DNA of 64,000 nt, taken from Eledone cirrhosa (Eukaryota). Shown here piece after piece: positions 1 to 12,929 of the stretch. Position 1 is the stretch's first letter; each line of letters opens with the position of its first letter. Where the stretch lies: NCBI GenBank assembly GCA_964016885.1, contig OZ024745.1, positions 105,524,001 to 105,588,000 on the forward strand, written 5' to 3'. Both the position numbers and the translations under genes were made by a program. The notes below the pieces were generated by a model, which searched no databases, had not been told where the DNA came from, and saw nothing but the letters and a program-made list of their open reading frames with translations.

Positions 1-1355
1 TCTCTATATTAAGGAACACTAAACTCTCCCCATCTCTCTATTTACTACACGGTATTCTTTTCCAATCCCCCTCTCTATATCAATTAACACCAAACTCACC
101 CCCTCTCTATATCTAATATACAACACACTCTCCCAACTCCCCTCTCTATATAAAATAACACTATATCTGCTACACGGTACACGGAACTCTCTTCCAATAT
201 CAATTACCACCAAACTTCCCCTGCTCAATATCTATCATACAACACTCTCATTCCTTTTCACTCTATCTATCACTACAAAACTCTCCCTCTCTCTATATAC
301 ATCAATACCTATCTCTATCAATTCTCTCACTGTATTTCCACCAAACTCTCCTCCTCTCCACATCAACCATACGACACTCTCTGCCAATCCACCCTTTAAC
401 ATCAAACTCTCCCCCTCTCTATATCTACTACACCGACCTCTTTTTCAATACCCCTCTCTATATCAATTACCACCAAACTCTCTCCCTCTGTATATTTACT
501 ACACGGACCTCTCTTACAATAAATTTCTCTATATTAAGGAACACTAAACTCTCTCCATCTCTCTATTTACTACACGGTATTCTTTTCCAATCCCCCTCTC
601 TATATCAATTAACACCACACTCACCCCCTCTCTATATCTAATATACAACACACTCTCCCAACTCCGCTCTCTATATCAATTACCACCAGTCTCCCCCTCT
701 CTATATCTACCATATGACACACTCTCTCTCTCCACCCATCTCATTCTATCCACCACCGGTCAACTCTCCTCCTCTCTATATCTAATATACAACATTCTCT
801 CACAATGCCCCTCACTTAATGTATTATCACCAAACTCTCCCAATCTTTATATCTACATCTATCTCTCTCAATCTCCTACATCAGCACTACATTCTTCCAC
901 TCTCTATATCCATTAACACCAATCCCCCCCCTCTCTCTGTCTATCACACAGAACTCTCTCATAAACCCCTCTTTATATCTACTATCACTAAACTCTCGCC
1001 CTCTCTCTATATATTTCTACCTATCTCTCCCAATCACCCTCACTTTATATATCACTAGTAAATTATCCTCCTCTCTATATCTATCAACACTTATCTCTCC
1101 CACCCCTCTATATCAGTCACCGCCAAACTCTCCTCCTCTCTATATCTACTAGACGACACTCTCTTATTATCCCCTCCCTTTATCTACAACCACAAAACCC
1201 TCCCTCTCTATATATCTAATATACAGTACGCTCTCTATATCAATCAATACTACATTTTCCCAATCTCCATGTCTACCACACGGCACTCTCTCCTAACACC
1301 CCTCCCTATATTAATTACCACTACACTCTCCAACTCTATATCTACCATACAATAT
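1..1355. repeat. CT-rich degenerate minisatellite (~30-bp units, e.g. ctctctatatctaccac/aaactctc)
   Basis: Recurrent CTCTCTATATC motifs; 1-150 is directly duplicated at ~526-675; the array resumes briefly at 2015-2070. Confidence 0.85.
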
Positions 1356-1372
1356 ATACATATATATATACA

Positions 1373-2014
1373 CTAGCAGTGATACCCGGTGTTGCACGGA
1401 TAATGTATTTTGGAACGTGGGCCGCCAACAGACCTAATCGTGGAAAAACTGCATGCCTGGAAAATATGTAAAGAAAATAAACCGAATACACTCATGGCTG
1501 GATAATCTTTAAGATTTTCCTCGATGAAACAGGAAAAATGTAGGTTTTCACCTAATGCGAGCCCTAGGGGATCAAGAAAATGAATTTATTTTATGTGTAT
1601 AATATACCTTGAAATTTCGGGAAAAATCGGCTAGACGTAACGCCTAAAAAAACCCCTAAAAAGCTGAAAAAATGAAGTTTTTCACTTAATGCGGGTCCTA
1701 GGCCATAAAAAAGTTGGATTTTCTTTGCTCACGATATGAAGAAGAAACTGACTAATACATAGTTACAATTTCAAAGAAATCGGTCTGACGTAACGCCTCA
1801 AGAAACCCCTAAAAAGCTGAAAAACGCAGTTTTTCACCTAATGCGGACCCTAGGTTATCAAAATGTTGATATTTTTATGTGCATAACACTCCCTGAAACA
1901 TAAGTAATACACATGTAAAGTTTGAAGAAAATCGGTTGGGTACTTCTCGAGTTTTAGGGATTCAAACGCAGACACACACACACAAGCAGACATCCTCAGT
2001 TTTATATATATACA
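1373..2014 (-). mobile_element. Non-autonomous Helitron-like element
   Basis: On the minus strand it ends in CTAG (1373-1376) preceded by a CCGTGCAACACCGG hairpin; the other end is (CA)n plus TTTATATATA; internal ~135-150-bp repeats (ttttcacctaatgcg at ~1545, 1678, 1830); it interrupts the minisatellite. Confidence 0.65.
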
Positions 2015-2069
2015 TTACCAACAAATTCTCCCCATCTCTATATCTACCATAAAACACTCTCTTTCAATA

Positions 2070-2925
2070 TTACCGACGCGCCCAATAAAAAACCCAGACA
2101 CACCCACCACGCCCAATAAAACCAACAAGACCCCCGCTGCGCCCAATAAAAGAACAGTGGGTGGCGTGCCCATAAAAAAAGCGGGACCCACGCCGCGCCC
2201 ATATAACAACCAAACCTCCCCACTGCACCCATAAAAAACGGTACCAGCCGCCGGGCCCATTAAAAAAACAGGATCTCCGACCGCACCAATTAAAAAACGG
2301 GACCCCACCGCGCCCATAAAAAAATGGGATCCCCCGCCATGCCCATGAAAAAAAGAACGGGACCCCCGCCGCGTCCATAAAAATCACGAGACTCCCCGTC
2401 GCAACCATAAAGAATAAGACCGCCGCCACACTCAATAAAAAACGGGGCACACTCGTTCGCCCAATAAAACAACGAGACCTCTAGCCGCGCGTAATAATAT
2501 AACAGAAGCCCCTGCCATGCCCATAAAAAACGGGAGCACCTATCCTGGCCATAAAAAACGTGACCACCCCCCCTAAAAAAACGGGACTCCACAGTTCCCC
2601 TAAACAGACGGCACCTCCACTGTGCCCATAAAAAATGGGAACCCCCACTGTGGACAATAGAAGCCCCGCTGTGGACAATAGAACCCCCCCACACACACAC
2701 ACACTGCGCCCAATAAAATAACGGGAACCCCGTTGCATCCAATATAAAACGAAACCCCCAATAAAAAAAACAGATCTCCCCCTCCCAATACAAAACTGAC
2801 CCCTCCAATTAAAATCGGACTCCCCACGATAAGAAATAGATCCCCCCACAATAAAAATGGAGCCCCGAACAAAAATTGGACGCCCGAATAAGAAACGGAC
2901 ATTTCCCAATAAAAAAACGGAGCTC
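2070..2925. repeat. GC-rich degenerate minisatellite (~28-bp unit gcgcccataaaaaaacgggacccc)
   Basis: About 30 recurring CCCA(A)TAAAAAA-CGGGA units. Confidence 0.85.
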
Positions 2926-2935
2926 TCCCTCTAAT

Positions 2936-3392
2936 ATATTGCTTTCATCTGAAGCAGTAATAGTTTTACTTGGGTGTTGCAGTAATGAACACTTGGGGAA
3001 CACGAAAGCTTATGGAGAAATGTTGAAAACATTTCCTTTAATGACAGCAATTAAATAAGCTGGTAACCATCACTACCAATATCATTACCAACATCATCAC
3101 CACTACTTTTATCATCATTATCATCATCATCATCATCATCATCATCATTGTCTACATGATCATTATCACTGTAACTATTTTTAGTGTTATTGATGTTGTT
3201 GTTATTGTTATTACTGAAGATAATTTTAACTTATGAGAAGAGAAAAATGTACACAAACAATATATAAAGCATAAACTCCATCGAGTGTGTATTAAGTGAG
3301 GAACTAAATTTAAATATACATTTCGTGTTCCCCCAGCGTTCATTACTACAACTCACAAGTAAAAATATTACTGCTTCAGATCAAAGCAATAT
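2936..3392. repeat. ~70-bp inverted repeat pair (MITE-like)
   Basis: 2936-3007 (atattgctttcatctgaagcagtaata...ggggaacacgaaa) is the imperfect reverse complement of 3321-3392. Confidence 0.6.
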
Positions 3393-3419
3393 CTTCTCGA
3401 ATGTTCTCCTCACTCATTC

Positions 3420-3452
3420 TCTCTATCTCCCCTCCCTCTCTCTCGCTCTTTG

Positions 3453-3522
<70 letters not shown>

Positions 3523-3579
3523 TTCGCCAATATATCTCTCCACTTTCTTCAATCTCTCTCTTTATCCCTTTCTCTCTCA

Positions 3580-3616
<37 letters not shown>

Positions 3617-3802
3617 GCGCTCTCTCTCTGTCTACCTGTCTGTTTGATTGTCTCTCTCTCTCTCTCTCTCTCTGTCTATATATCTATATATATATATCTA
3701 TATATCTATATCTATATATATATATATATATCTATATATCTATATATATATATATATATCTATATATATATATATATCTATCTATATATCTATATATATC
3801 TA

Positions 3803-3841
<39 letters not shown>

Positions 3842-3946
3842 ATATCTATATATATATCTATATATCTATATATATATATATATATATACACACAAAGAGA
3901 GACAGAGAAAGCGAGACTATCAAACAGATCAGGTAGACAGAGACAG

Positions 3947-3977
<31 letters not shown>

Positions 3978-4197
3978 TACATATATATATTTATATATAT
4001 ATATATATATATATGTGTGTATGTATGTATGTATGTATACATATGTGCGTGTGTGTATGTCTTTATGTATGTATATATGAGTGTGTGTGTATATATGTAT
4101 ATATATATGTGTATGTATGTATATATGTGTGTGTGTATGTATGTATATATGTGTGTGTGTATGTATCTGTGTATATATGTATGTGTGTGTATGTATG

Positions 4198-4242
<45 letters not shown>

Positions 4243-4312
4243 ATGTATGTATGTATGTATATATATATATATATGTTTGTGTGTGTATGTATGTGTGTAT
4301 ATATATATATAC
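3420..4312. repeat. Compound microsatellite (CT)n/(TA)n/(TATG)n
   Basis: Direct reading. Confidence 0.95.
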
Positions 4313-5417
4313 TTTTTACCTTTTCCCCTCATACACACAGGAAATATACACACTTCCATTTATATACATAAATACAGATTCAATCAAACAGTTTTTTTCT
4401 TGTAAGCTCTCCAAGTTCTCCATGCTCTCCATTTTCTAAATCTCTCCCCTTGTCTCTCTCTGTTTCTCCTCTCCATCTTTCACACGCACACATAAAAAAA
4501 AATGCATACTCACATACACAGTGATATCACTTTGTGCATCATTCGTGTATACCATTTTCAAAGTAATATGCAACAGTCTTCGAGTTATAACATAAAAGTT
4601 GTCTTGAAGCATATTCGACAGTAAAAGGCAAAATGACAAACCTTTTTTAGTGAAAAATTCAATTAATTTTTTTTTTAAACCTCATTTTTCCCCCGCCTTG
4701 TTATACTTTACTTTTCTTTTCGCTTTTCATGTTTCGTTTCGTTTTTATTTTTATTTTTTAGATAAACTCCACATTCTACTTATTCATCAGATTTCAAGCA
4801 CAGCTTCTGAAATCCGAAGTGTAAGTGGAATATGGCGTATTATCTCAAAAAGAGAGAAAAAAAAAAGGATAGAATAAATGTTAAATTAAAAAATGTAAAA
4901 TACTATGAGAAAAAAAGAATTACATGATATTTCAGTGAAAAAAAGGAGCCTCTACACAGTAGCACTCCCTGTCGACCTACTAGTAATAGCAAATATAACA
5001 CTCCAATCACACTCTAAGAAACAAGACATTAGATAATGTAGCCTTAGATATATATAAATGTCAAGGTCGGAAAGTATGTGGTCAAATGGTTGCTTTATCA
5101 GATTAATCGTCTGTTTAAAACAAAACATTGATTTTGAAGGTGATTCAATTTCATTCCTTTTATACCTTTTCTTTTTTATTTATTTTTTTATTTTCCTTGG
5201 GTTTGGCTTCCTAATTACTTTTCTACAGAAAAGAAACGATTGATAAAAGAAAATAATAGATATTTATCAGTAAATATATATATATAAAATGAAGTTTAAC
5301 ATATTTGATGCTGAAAAGTTATGCTGCGTTAAAACCACAAGTTTAACTATTTCCTTACCATATGTCTAATGCAAGACACTGTTTGTGAATTCCGAATTGG
5401 AAGGGATTTAGCAATTA

Positions 5418-5565
5418 TTAAATTTACCATTATTAAATTTAACAATATAACTAAATTTACCATTATTAAATTTAACAATATAACTAAATTTACCGTTATA
5501 AATTTAACAACTTAACTAAATTTATCACAATAAATTTAACAATATAACTAAATTTACCATTATTA
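5418..5565. repeat. ~33-bp tandem repeat, about 4.5 copies
   Basis: aaatttaccattattaaatttaacaatataact repeated. Confidence 0.9.
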
Positions 5566-6049
5566 TTTGTTTGGAATATAATATACAAAAGTTTACATAG
5601 CATTAAGATAGAAGTGTTTGAAGTGTTTTAAGCAAATATCAACATTTTAGAATAAATAGCTTAGTATTATAGAACCAGGACTGCCCCCGGCGGTTTGTTA
5701 TCAAAAGGGTTAAAACTAACAAGTCTCAATTCCCATACTAATAAAGGAAAATAAGATAAGATAAAATTAAATAAAATATTTAAAAAATGTAAATTGGGAG
5801 TATGTAAAAAGACTTATAATTATTGAGTCGTACTAATTAATATAATTATGAAAGCATTTGCAAAGTTGATGTTGCTTAGCTCCGATGTTAGTCATGATCG
5901 AGTCCCAATTTGATCGAAGAATTTACAATTATCATCTCATCTTTTATTCGGACAGATGTTTTGTTCGACTACCTGTAGTTCAAAGAAGCTCGAGATTCTC
6001 CGTTCCGCCAGTGCAATCGCATCTTCCTAACAATAGGAAAACTTTAAAC

Positions 6050-6339
6050 CAGTCATGGGCAACCTGCGGTCTGCGAAGTTTTCTGAATGGCTCGCCTCAG
6101 TCACATAACTGAAATCTTTCTAATTTTTTTTACCCAAACTTTTCAGTCGTAATTTATCTTTCTATCATTTTTTCGATCGAGGAAAACAACGTGTACGAAT
6201 TCTGAAGAAAAATATCAAAACAACCTGAGTTACCGCCCTTTTTTAATGTGGGCACGAATGTAAGTTAGCGCTTGCAGCCCGCCTGATGATGAACCATATC
6301 TCATGCGGCCCGCTTCTCGAAAAAGGTTACCCATGACTG
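6050..6339. mobile_element. hAT (Charlie/Buster-type) MITE
   Basis: TIRs CAGTCATGGGCAACCT / AGGTTACCCATGACTG; perfect 8-bp TSD CTTTAAAC with central TA (6042-6049, 6340-6347); subterminal TGCGGCCCG motif. Confidence 0.9.
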
Positions 6340-7214
6340 CTTTAAACATTATGAATGAGGTACAAAGCTTTCGTAGTTGACTGTCGTCATTGTTTACAAT
6401 GCTCAGTACTTTGTTGGCTTGAAATGGTACCATTCACAGGATATAATAAATCTACTTCATGCCAAATATTAGTTACATTTTAATTTAGATACCATCAACG
6501 TGTAAGGCGATTTCTCCGGTGAAGAAACACATTTTGTTGAACATATCCGGTTGTATTAATAGTATATACTCATCGTAACGCATCTACTGTGATGAAAGCA
6601 AACAAGTACTACATAGACATGCTATAGCATACTTAATTTAAACAAAATATAAAAGTTAACTTTATATTTTACATTGAACGAAATCATTAATTACCTTTAC
6701 CTTTAAAGAAAAACTCGAAAAGAAGTACAAAATAGTTACCCAGCCACAGGTGGAATAAGACGCCTATGTGCAGGATTTAAAGCTTTGTGGTGTTTGTTTA
6801 CGTTCCTTAATGTAATGACTACAAACACCACAAAGTTCGACAGCTTTCCATTGTCCATATTTTCTGGAGAATATTTTCTGGACAAACTAGCAATTGTCTA
6901 TTAGCAGATTTGCAGTTAGTTGTGCTGAAGTTTTTCATTTGTCAACATAATTTCATGACAACAGAATCATTTTTTTTTATAACGTGGCAATACTCAGAAG
7001 CTACACATTGCATTCACTAAACAATACCATTAGTTCCCAACTGACAGGAACATGTCAAACATTTATAGAAAAGGATATGTCTTATTTCATTCTGAAAGTG
7101 AGATGCCATATGTTTTCGAGAGATTTCTTCGCGATTTCCTACCAGAATCACATACATATATACATACATACCACTTTGTAAGCAGGAAAAAGCGGACGTA
7201 AAATGATGAGGATG

Positions 7215-7276
<62 letters not shown>

Positions 7277-8319
7277 GCACGCGTACATATACATACGTAA
7301 ATATAGTAAAATAGAGGGAAGAAAGAAAATTATGGACCATTGTTGAATAGGCTGAAAATCTAGTATCCAATATACAGTTCCAGATTTATACTCGTTATTA
7401 TCTGAGTTACAGGATAGATACCAGCCCGAATGGATCAATGATGTCTAATTTGAGATTCTTGGAGAAAGAAGGGAGCCCCATTATTCATACACTTAATTTG
7501 ATCACGGTATCTAGGACAGTAACATTTGCAAGGTTTTCAAATTTAAGGTGTGAATTTTTTGCGCCAAATGAAGACAAGAAAGAAGAAACCAGCGCGTTTT
7601 ATTCTTTTTTTGTTTAACGTTTCTTTCCAAACTAGCTACCACGGAGATGGATTGTTATATTCCCGAATACATGTAAATGTAAATACATTAACTCAAACAC
7701 AAAAATTAACGCAAATAGATACAAACATAAGGATATGCATTCACATAATAATATCAATATCATATATTCAATCACTCACAAGGCTGTGGTCAACTTGGCG
7801 CTATAGCAGAAGACATTTCTCCATGTGGGTCCCGTAGTCGGAACGAACTCGTGACTGCATGTATTAGAAACGAACTTTTAAACCACACAGAGAGGACAGT
7901 CTTCAAGGCAGAGCTGTTCTGCTAGAGAAAGGGTCACAGGTGGCGGATAGAGATATGTCCACTATATATGATGGTTTGTTGATATAAAAGCGGGCTCCTA
8001 CCGGGAGAATATGTAATCCAGGACCCACAACGGTAAACTACTAGGGGAGGTGGAGCAACGGTTGAAACTGTTAGCTCCCAAGAAAGCTTTCACAACCCAG
8101 TGATGTAGCTACAACGAAGTGAGTTTTGGCCGCCTCTAATAAAGGCAGAAATAGTAAAGACACCCATAACGCATAGTCCTTCGTGTGGGAAAATAAAGGA
8201 CAGTTGAAACCTTAGATAGAGGGGTCTGTTCGAAAAAATAGATTGCAGTCTCCACCGAACTTTACAGGAACTGACGATGGTCATGAATCTTGGATAATAA
8301 TCGAAAGAATACCATTACG

Positions 8320-8700
8320 AATGCAAGCGACCAAAATGGGCTTACCCGAAGGGCCTTTGGAGTAACGTTACTCGATGGAGTGCATGCGTAGCTCGGAGAT
8401 CAGAGAGTCTCTTCAGGCTGAGCCGCTATCCCGAATAGCGAAATCATATCTCCGATATAGCGGATATGTTGTTAGAATGTCACAGGAAAAAATCGCTGGT
8501 CAGATTTTACAGGCAAAAACCGATAGGAGACTCAAAGGTAGAATTAGAGCATCATGATAGGATATCATCCATGAGTTTGTCTGATCTAACTGAATCAATT
8601 GCAGATGGTTGCTTCTGGAAGGTGTACTGACGGGCTCTGCTCATATGTCCCTCACAGGAATAAGTTGAAGAAGCAGAAGAAGAATAATAATAATAAGAAT
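8320..8700 (+). mobile_element. RTE-clade LINE 3' fragment
   Basis: Decayed C-terminus RSSEIRESL...LRYSGYVVRM...GR; (GAA)/(TAA) tail; same family as 36775-37145. Confidence 0.75.
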
Positions 8701-8729
8701 ATATTTAGTCGAAGAGATTGGTAAATAAC

Positions 8730-8916
8730 TGTTTCTACTTTAGGCACAAGGCCAGCAATTACCCAGTGCATTACTGGTACTTTATTCTATCGACCCCGTA
8801 AGGATGAAAGGCAAAGTCAATCTCGGCGGGATTTGAACTCAGATCGTAAAGGGACGTAACTATGCTCGAAAGCATGGCGTCCGACCCTCTACCGATACTG
8901 CCAATCCACCGACTAG
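8730..8916 (-). mobile_element. tRNA-derived SINE, family A
   Basis: GGATTGGCAGTATCGG head, B-box GAGTTCAAATCC, body CTTTGCCTTTCATCC...GGGGTCGAT; 17-bp TSD AGAGATTGGTAAATAAC (8713-8729, 8917-8933). Confidence 0.9.
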
Positions 8917-9909
8917 AGAGATTGGTAAATAACGAGTTTTGATATTTTCATCTACGTTTTTAGCAACCACACCAAACATAGTTTGTATCTAGAAATATCC
9001 TGTGATACATATACGTAAACCACACCTTCGCCAATGATGCTAACTTAATACTCACACGTAGAAAATATATGTAAACACAGTTCATTGCTATGAATAGCTT
9101 AGAAAATGGGGGGAAAACCCTCCTTATAAACGGAAAAAAAGTGTCAGCAACCGCTACGAAGAATCGAACCTCAAACTAAGACTCATATCGTGTTTGCTTT
9201 TTATGGAAGTATGTTTTCTCTTTCCTGATTTGAAATATATAAATGAAGAATACTTATCTTATCTTGAAATGATGAGTGTGTATCTTATTTACATGCATTG
9301 TATCCCGAATATATATTAATTCCTTGCTTATAATTACAATGAATTTCAAGATTATGCAGTCCTGAAAGGGAGAAGCAACACGAAAGTTTCAAAACCTTCA
9401 AATACTTCAAAGTCATTCGTTTCGAAGCACAACTAATTTATGTAAATTTCACCAAAAATTTTAGATTAACTTTCATTGTCCCAATGTTAAAGATTTGATT
9501 GACGTCATTGTAACCAAACATTATGATATAGACAACACCTGTTCTATTGAATATATTTAGGTTAATACAGAGAAATAGTATGATTAGTATCTGTAACCAG
9601 CAACGCGTGTAAATATGCAACAAAACGATTAGAGAGTAATTTAGGAATACCGCAGCGCTGTAAATAAAATTGATTAGACGAACAGTGAGGATTTGCAAGA
9701 AATTTCATATCTACATTGGAAACGTGTATATGTGTCTATATGCACACTTATAGGTACATACATTGTAAACATAAATGGTTGGGTCAGTATAAATAAATGT
9801 AAACCGAGGCCTTGATATCTTCTCAAATACCAACACTGATGTTATACTGATTAATGGAACTGTGTCGCCAATAATAACATAGTTTGTATGCTTTATAATA
9901 GCAGAATTG

Positions 9910-9946
<37 letters not shown>

Positions 9947-10058
9947 GAAAATATAGACATTAATGTAAGCAAAAAGCCGACAATAATTCAGATATATAAC
10001 AACGAAAGAACTAATCAGGTTAAAACAACAGATATATATATATATATATATATATATT

Positions 10059-10306
10059 TAGTTATGTAATAAACAACATAAGGCAATTATTCCATTTACC
10101 AGTGGTTTCTTAAAAGCAAAAGATGTTGCTTTCAATCCTCAGAATGAAAAAATCCTGGTCTGTTTATTGAATTTGGATTTTAAAAAATCCCAATTCAATA
10201 AACGGACCAGGATTTTTTCATTCTGAGGATTGAAATCAACATCTTTTGCTTTTAAGAAACCACTGGTAAATGGAATAATTGCCTTATGTTGTTTATTACA
10301 TAACTA
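10059..10306. repeat. Near-perfect 248-bp palindrome adjacent to (TA)n
   Basis: Arms ~10059-10181 and 10184-10306 are reverse complements with few mismatches. Confidence 0.95.
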
Positions 10307-10367
10307 TTAAGCTCTGTTACCTACATAGAGCAATCTTTTTCCTGGACTTTTCCGACGGAATTACATC

Positions 10368-10433
<66 letters not shown>

Positions 10434-10527
10434 GTGGAACACTGGAAGGTAATATCCGTAGTGGTAGAGCACTCAGTCCAAGGGACAAGTTAGGTAGAAG
10501 TGGTTACACAACAGTTAGTTCACCATA

Positions 10528-10567
10528 CCGAGAACAATTGTTTCAGCTTAGCGGATCTTCAGCTCGG
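10528..10567 (-). ncRNA. Minimal type I hammerhead ribozyme (inverted copy, stem II mutated)
   Basis: Reverse complement reads CCGAG CTGAAGA T CC GCTAA GC T GAA ACAATTGT T CTCGG. Confidence 0.6.
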
Positions 10568-10587
10568 GATGTGCATGAATGGTTATC

Positions 10588-10627
10588 CCGAGCTGAAGAT
10601 CCGCTAAGGTGAAACAATTGTTCTCGG
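10588..10627 (+). ncRNA. Minimal type I hammerhead ribozyme
   Basis: Stem I CCGAG/CTCGG; core CTGAAGA...GAA; stem II CC/GG; palindromic stem III ACAATTGT; GUU triplet. Confidence 0.75.
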
Positions 10628-10656
10628 TATGGTGAACTAACTGTTGTGTAACCACT

Positions 10657-10756
<100 letters not shown>

Positions 10757-11188
10757 GTGGTTATAAACGTATATATGTGTCTGTATGCACACTTATAGGT
10801 ACATACATTATAAACATAAATGCTTGGGTCAGTATAAATAAATAAATATATATATATAAATGAAAATAGAGAAATTAATGTAAGCAAAAAACCTACAATA
10901 ATTCATATATATATATGTATAAAAGGAAAAAATGAAACGAAATTTCATTTCTCACTCTTAGTACGGCTGTTACTTAAATATAAGTATGTATACGTACATA
11001 CATATATGTATACAGACGCACAGTAGTATGTATATATATATACATACATGCACACATATATATATGTACGTATGGATTCACCGAACATTTATTATAATGC
11101 TCGGTGTGTTTGTAAACAAGCATCCTGAATTAAGCCGTACAGTGTCTAACAACCATCGTTGCTCATTTGTTCAACACTGACAAAGGAA

Positions 11189-11229
11189 CGCTGTACTAGT
11201 TTCAAGCTTATTAGCTATCGTCAGCAACG
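11189..11229 (-). ncRNA. Type I hammerhead ribozyme (retrozyme unit 1)
   Basis: Reverse complement reads CGTTG CTGACGA T AGCT AATA AGCT T GAA ACTAGT A CAGCG; GUA triplet. Confidence 0.85.
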
Positions 11230-11626
11230 TATACCTCCCTGCCATATGATTGAACGTCTGAAAGTATATACTTTCCTTATGCTTATGCATATTAACGGCT
11301 GAGCAGCCTAATTTGCATATCGAGTGAGTTAATCGGCCGGGGCACCGAAAACGATAAACGGAAAGAATGAAACGAAATTTCATTTCTCACTCTTAGTACG
11401 GCTGTTACTTAAATATAAGTATATATACGTACATACATATATGTATACAGACGCAGAGTAGTATGTATATATATATATTCATACATGCACACATACATAT
11501 ATGCACGTATGGATTCACCGAAGATTTATTATAATGTTCGGTGTGTTTGTAAACACAGCATCCCGAATTAAGCCGTACAGTGTCTAGCAACCATCGTTGC
11601 TCATTTGTTCAACACTGACAAAGGAA

Positions 11627-11667
11627 CGCTGTACTAGTTTCAAGCTTATTAGCTATCGTCAGCAACG
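11627..11667 (-). ncRNA. Type I hammerhead ribozyme (retrozyme unit 2)
   Basis: Same motif as 11189-11229. Confidence 0.85.
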
Positions 11668-11811
11668 TATACCTTCCTGCCAGATGATTGAACGTCTGAA
11701 AGTATATACTTTCGTTATACAAATTAACGGCTGAACAGCCTAATTTGCATATCGAGTGAGTTAATCGGCCGGGTCCCCGAAAACGACAAATGAGCAACGA
11801 TGGTTGCTAGA

Positions 11812-12112
11812 AAGTTTTCTGGAGTTATTAATATTAATTCAAAATATTAATAAATATAGACATTCAACGTAAACAAAATACATTTTATTATATATATTTC
11901 GAAGGTACTGTGCTGTTTTTTCAGTACGTCCCCATCAGATAAAATATATAAATTCAACCATCAGCACAGTTGAGGTATGTCATACATCAATTTATATATT
12001 TTATCTGATGAGGACGTACTGAAAAAACAGCACAGTACCTCCGAAATATATATAATAAAATATATTTTGATTACGTTGAATGTCTATATTATTCAATATT
12101 TCGAATTAATAT
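11812..12112. mobile_element. Fold-back PLE pseudo-LTR-like unit with two inverted HHRs
   Basis: Arms ~11828-11955 and 11989-12112; abuts (TA)n; related to 39778-39945. Confidence 0.7.
11995..12064 (+). ncRNA. Type I hammerhead ribozyme with long stem II
   Basis: 10-bp stem I TATATTTTAT/ATAAAATATA; CTGATGA; stem II GGAcGTACTG/CAGTACcTCC; GAA; palindrome ATATATAT; AUA triplet. The inverted copy at ~11880-11949 has CTGATGG. Confidence 0.85.
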
Positions 12113-12117
12113 ATGTA

Positions 12118-12605
<488 letters not shown>

Positions 12606-12929
12606 TAAAAAAATATGTGTGTGTGTGTGGATGTGTGTGTGTGTCTGTGGAGGTGGGTGTGAGTGTACATGCAACCCACATAAGTCTTTTTATTTGTAAA
12701 TTTTCTACTCTAACCATAATTTTCAGTAGCACCACTCCACATAAATTCCTCAATGTAAGAATGACCTGTAGTATCTATTTCATACTATTAACCTTAATTG
12801 AACATATATCTCACCAGGAATGCCTTTTGTGAAAATCAGTCATATGGAACTATTGTCATCTTGCCTTGCGGTTTGAACTTTACAACACCACCTGCCTCTT
12901 TGAGGTCAAATACCAACCCTACTAGCATC

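Larger units (their letters stand above)
10925..11811 (-). mobile_element. Candidate non-LTR retrozyme: tandem dimer of a ~435-bp HHR-bearing unit
   Basis: Unit restarts at 10932 and 11367; one HHR per unit, 438 bp apart; short inverted tail at 11786-11811; related copies at 54593-55213 and 58115-58625. Confidence 0.75.

Noticed and set aside
2015-2909. Cluster of Gly/Phe-rich minus-strand ORFs and a CRISPR-like regular repeat
   Set aside because: Degenerate minisatellite with no constant repeat plus unique spacers and no cas genes; eukaryotic context
6284-6300. CTGATGATGAA hammerhead-like core
   Set aside because: No stems II or III and no GAAA; lies inside a hAT MITE
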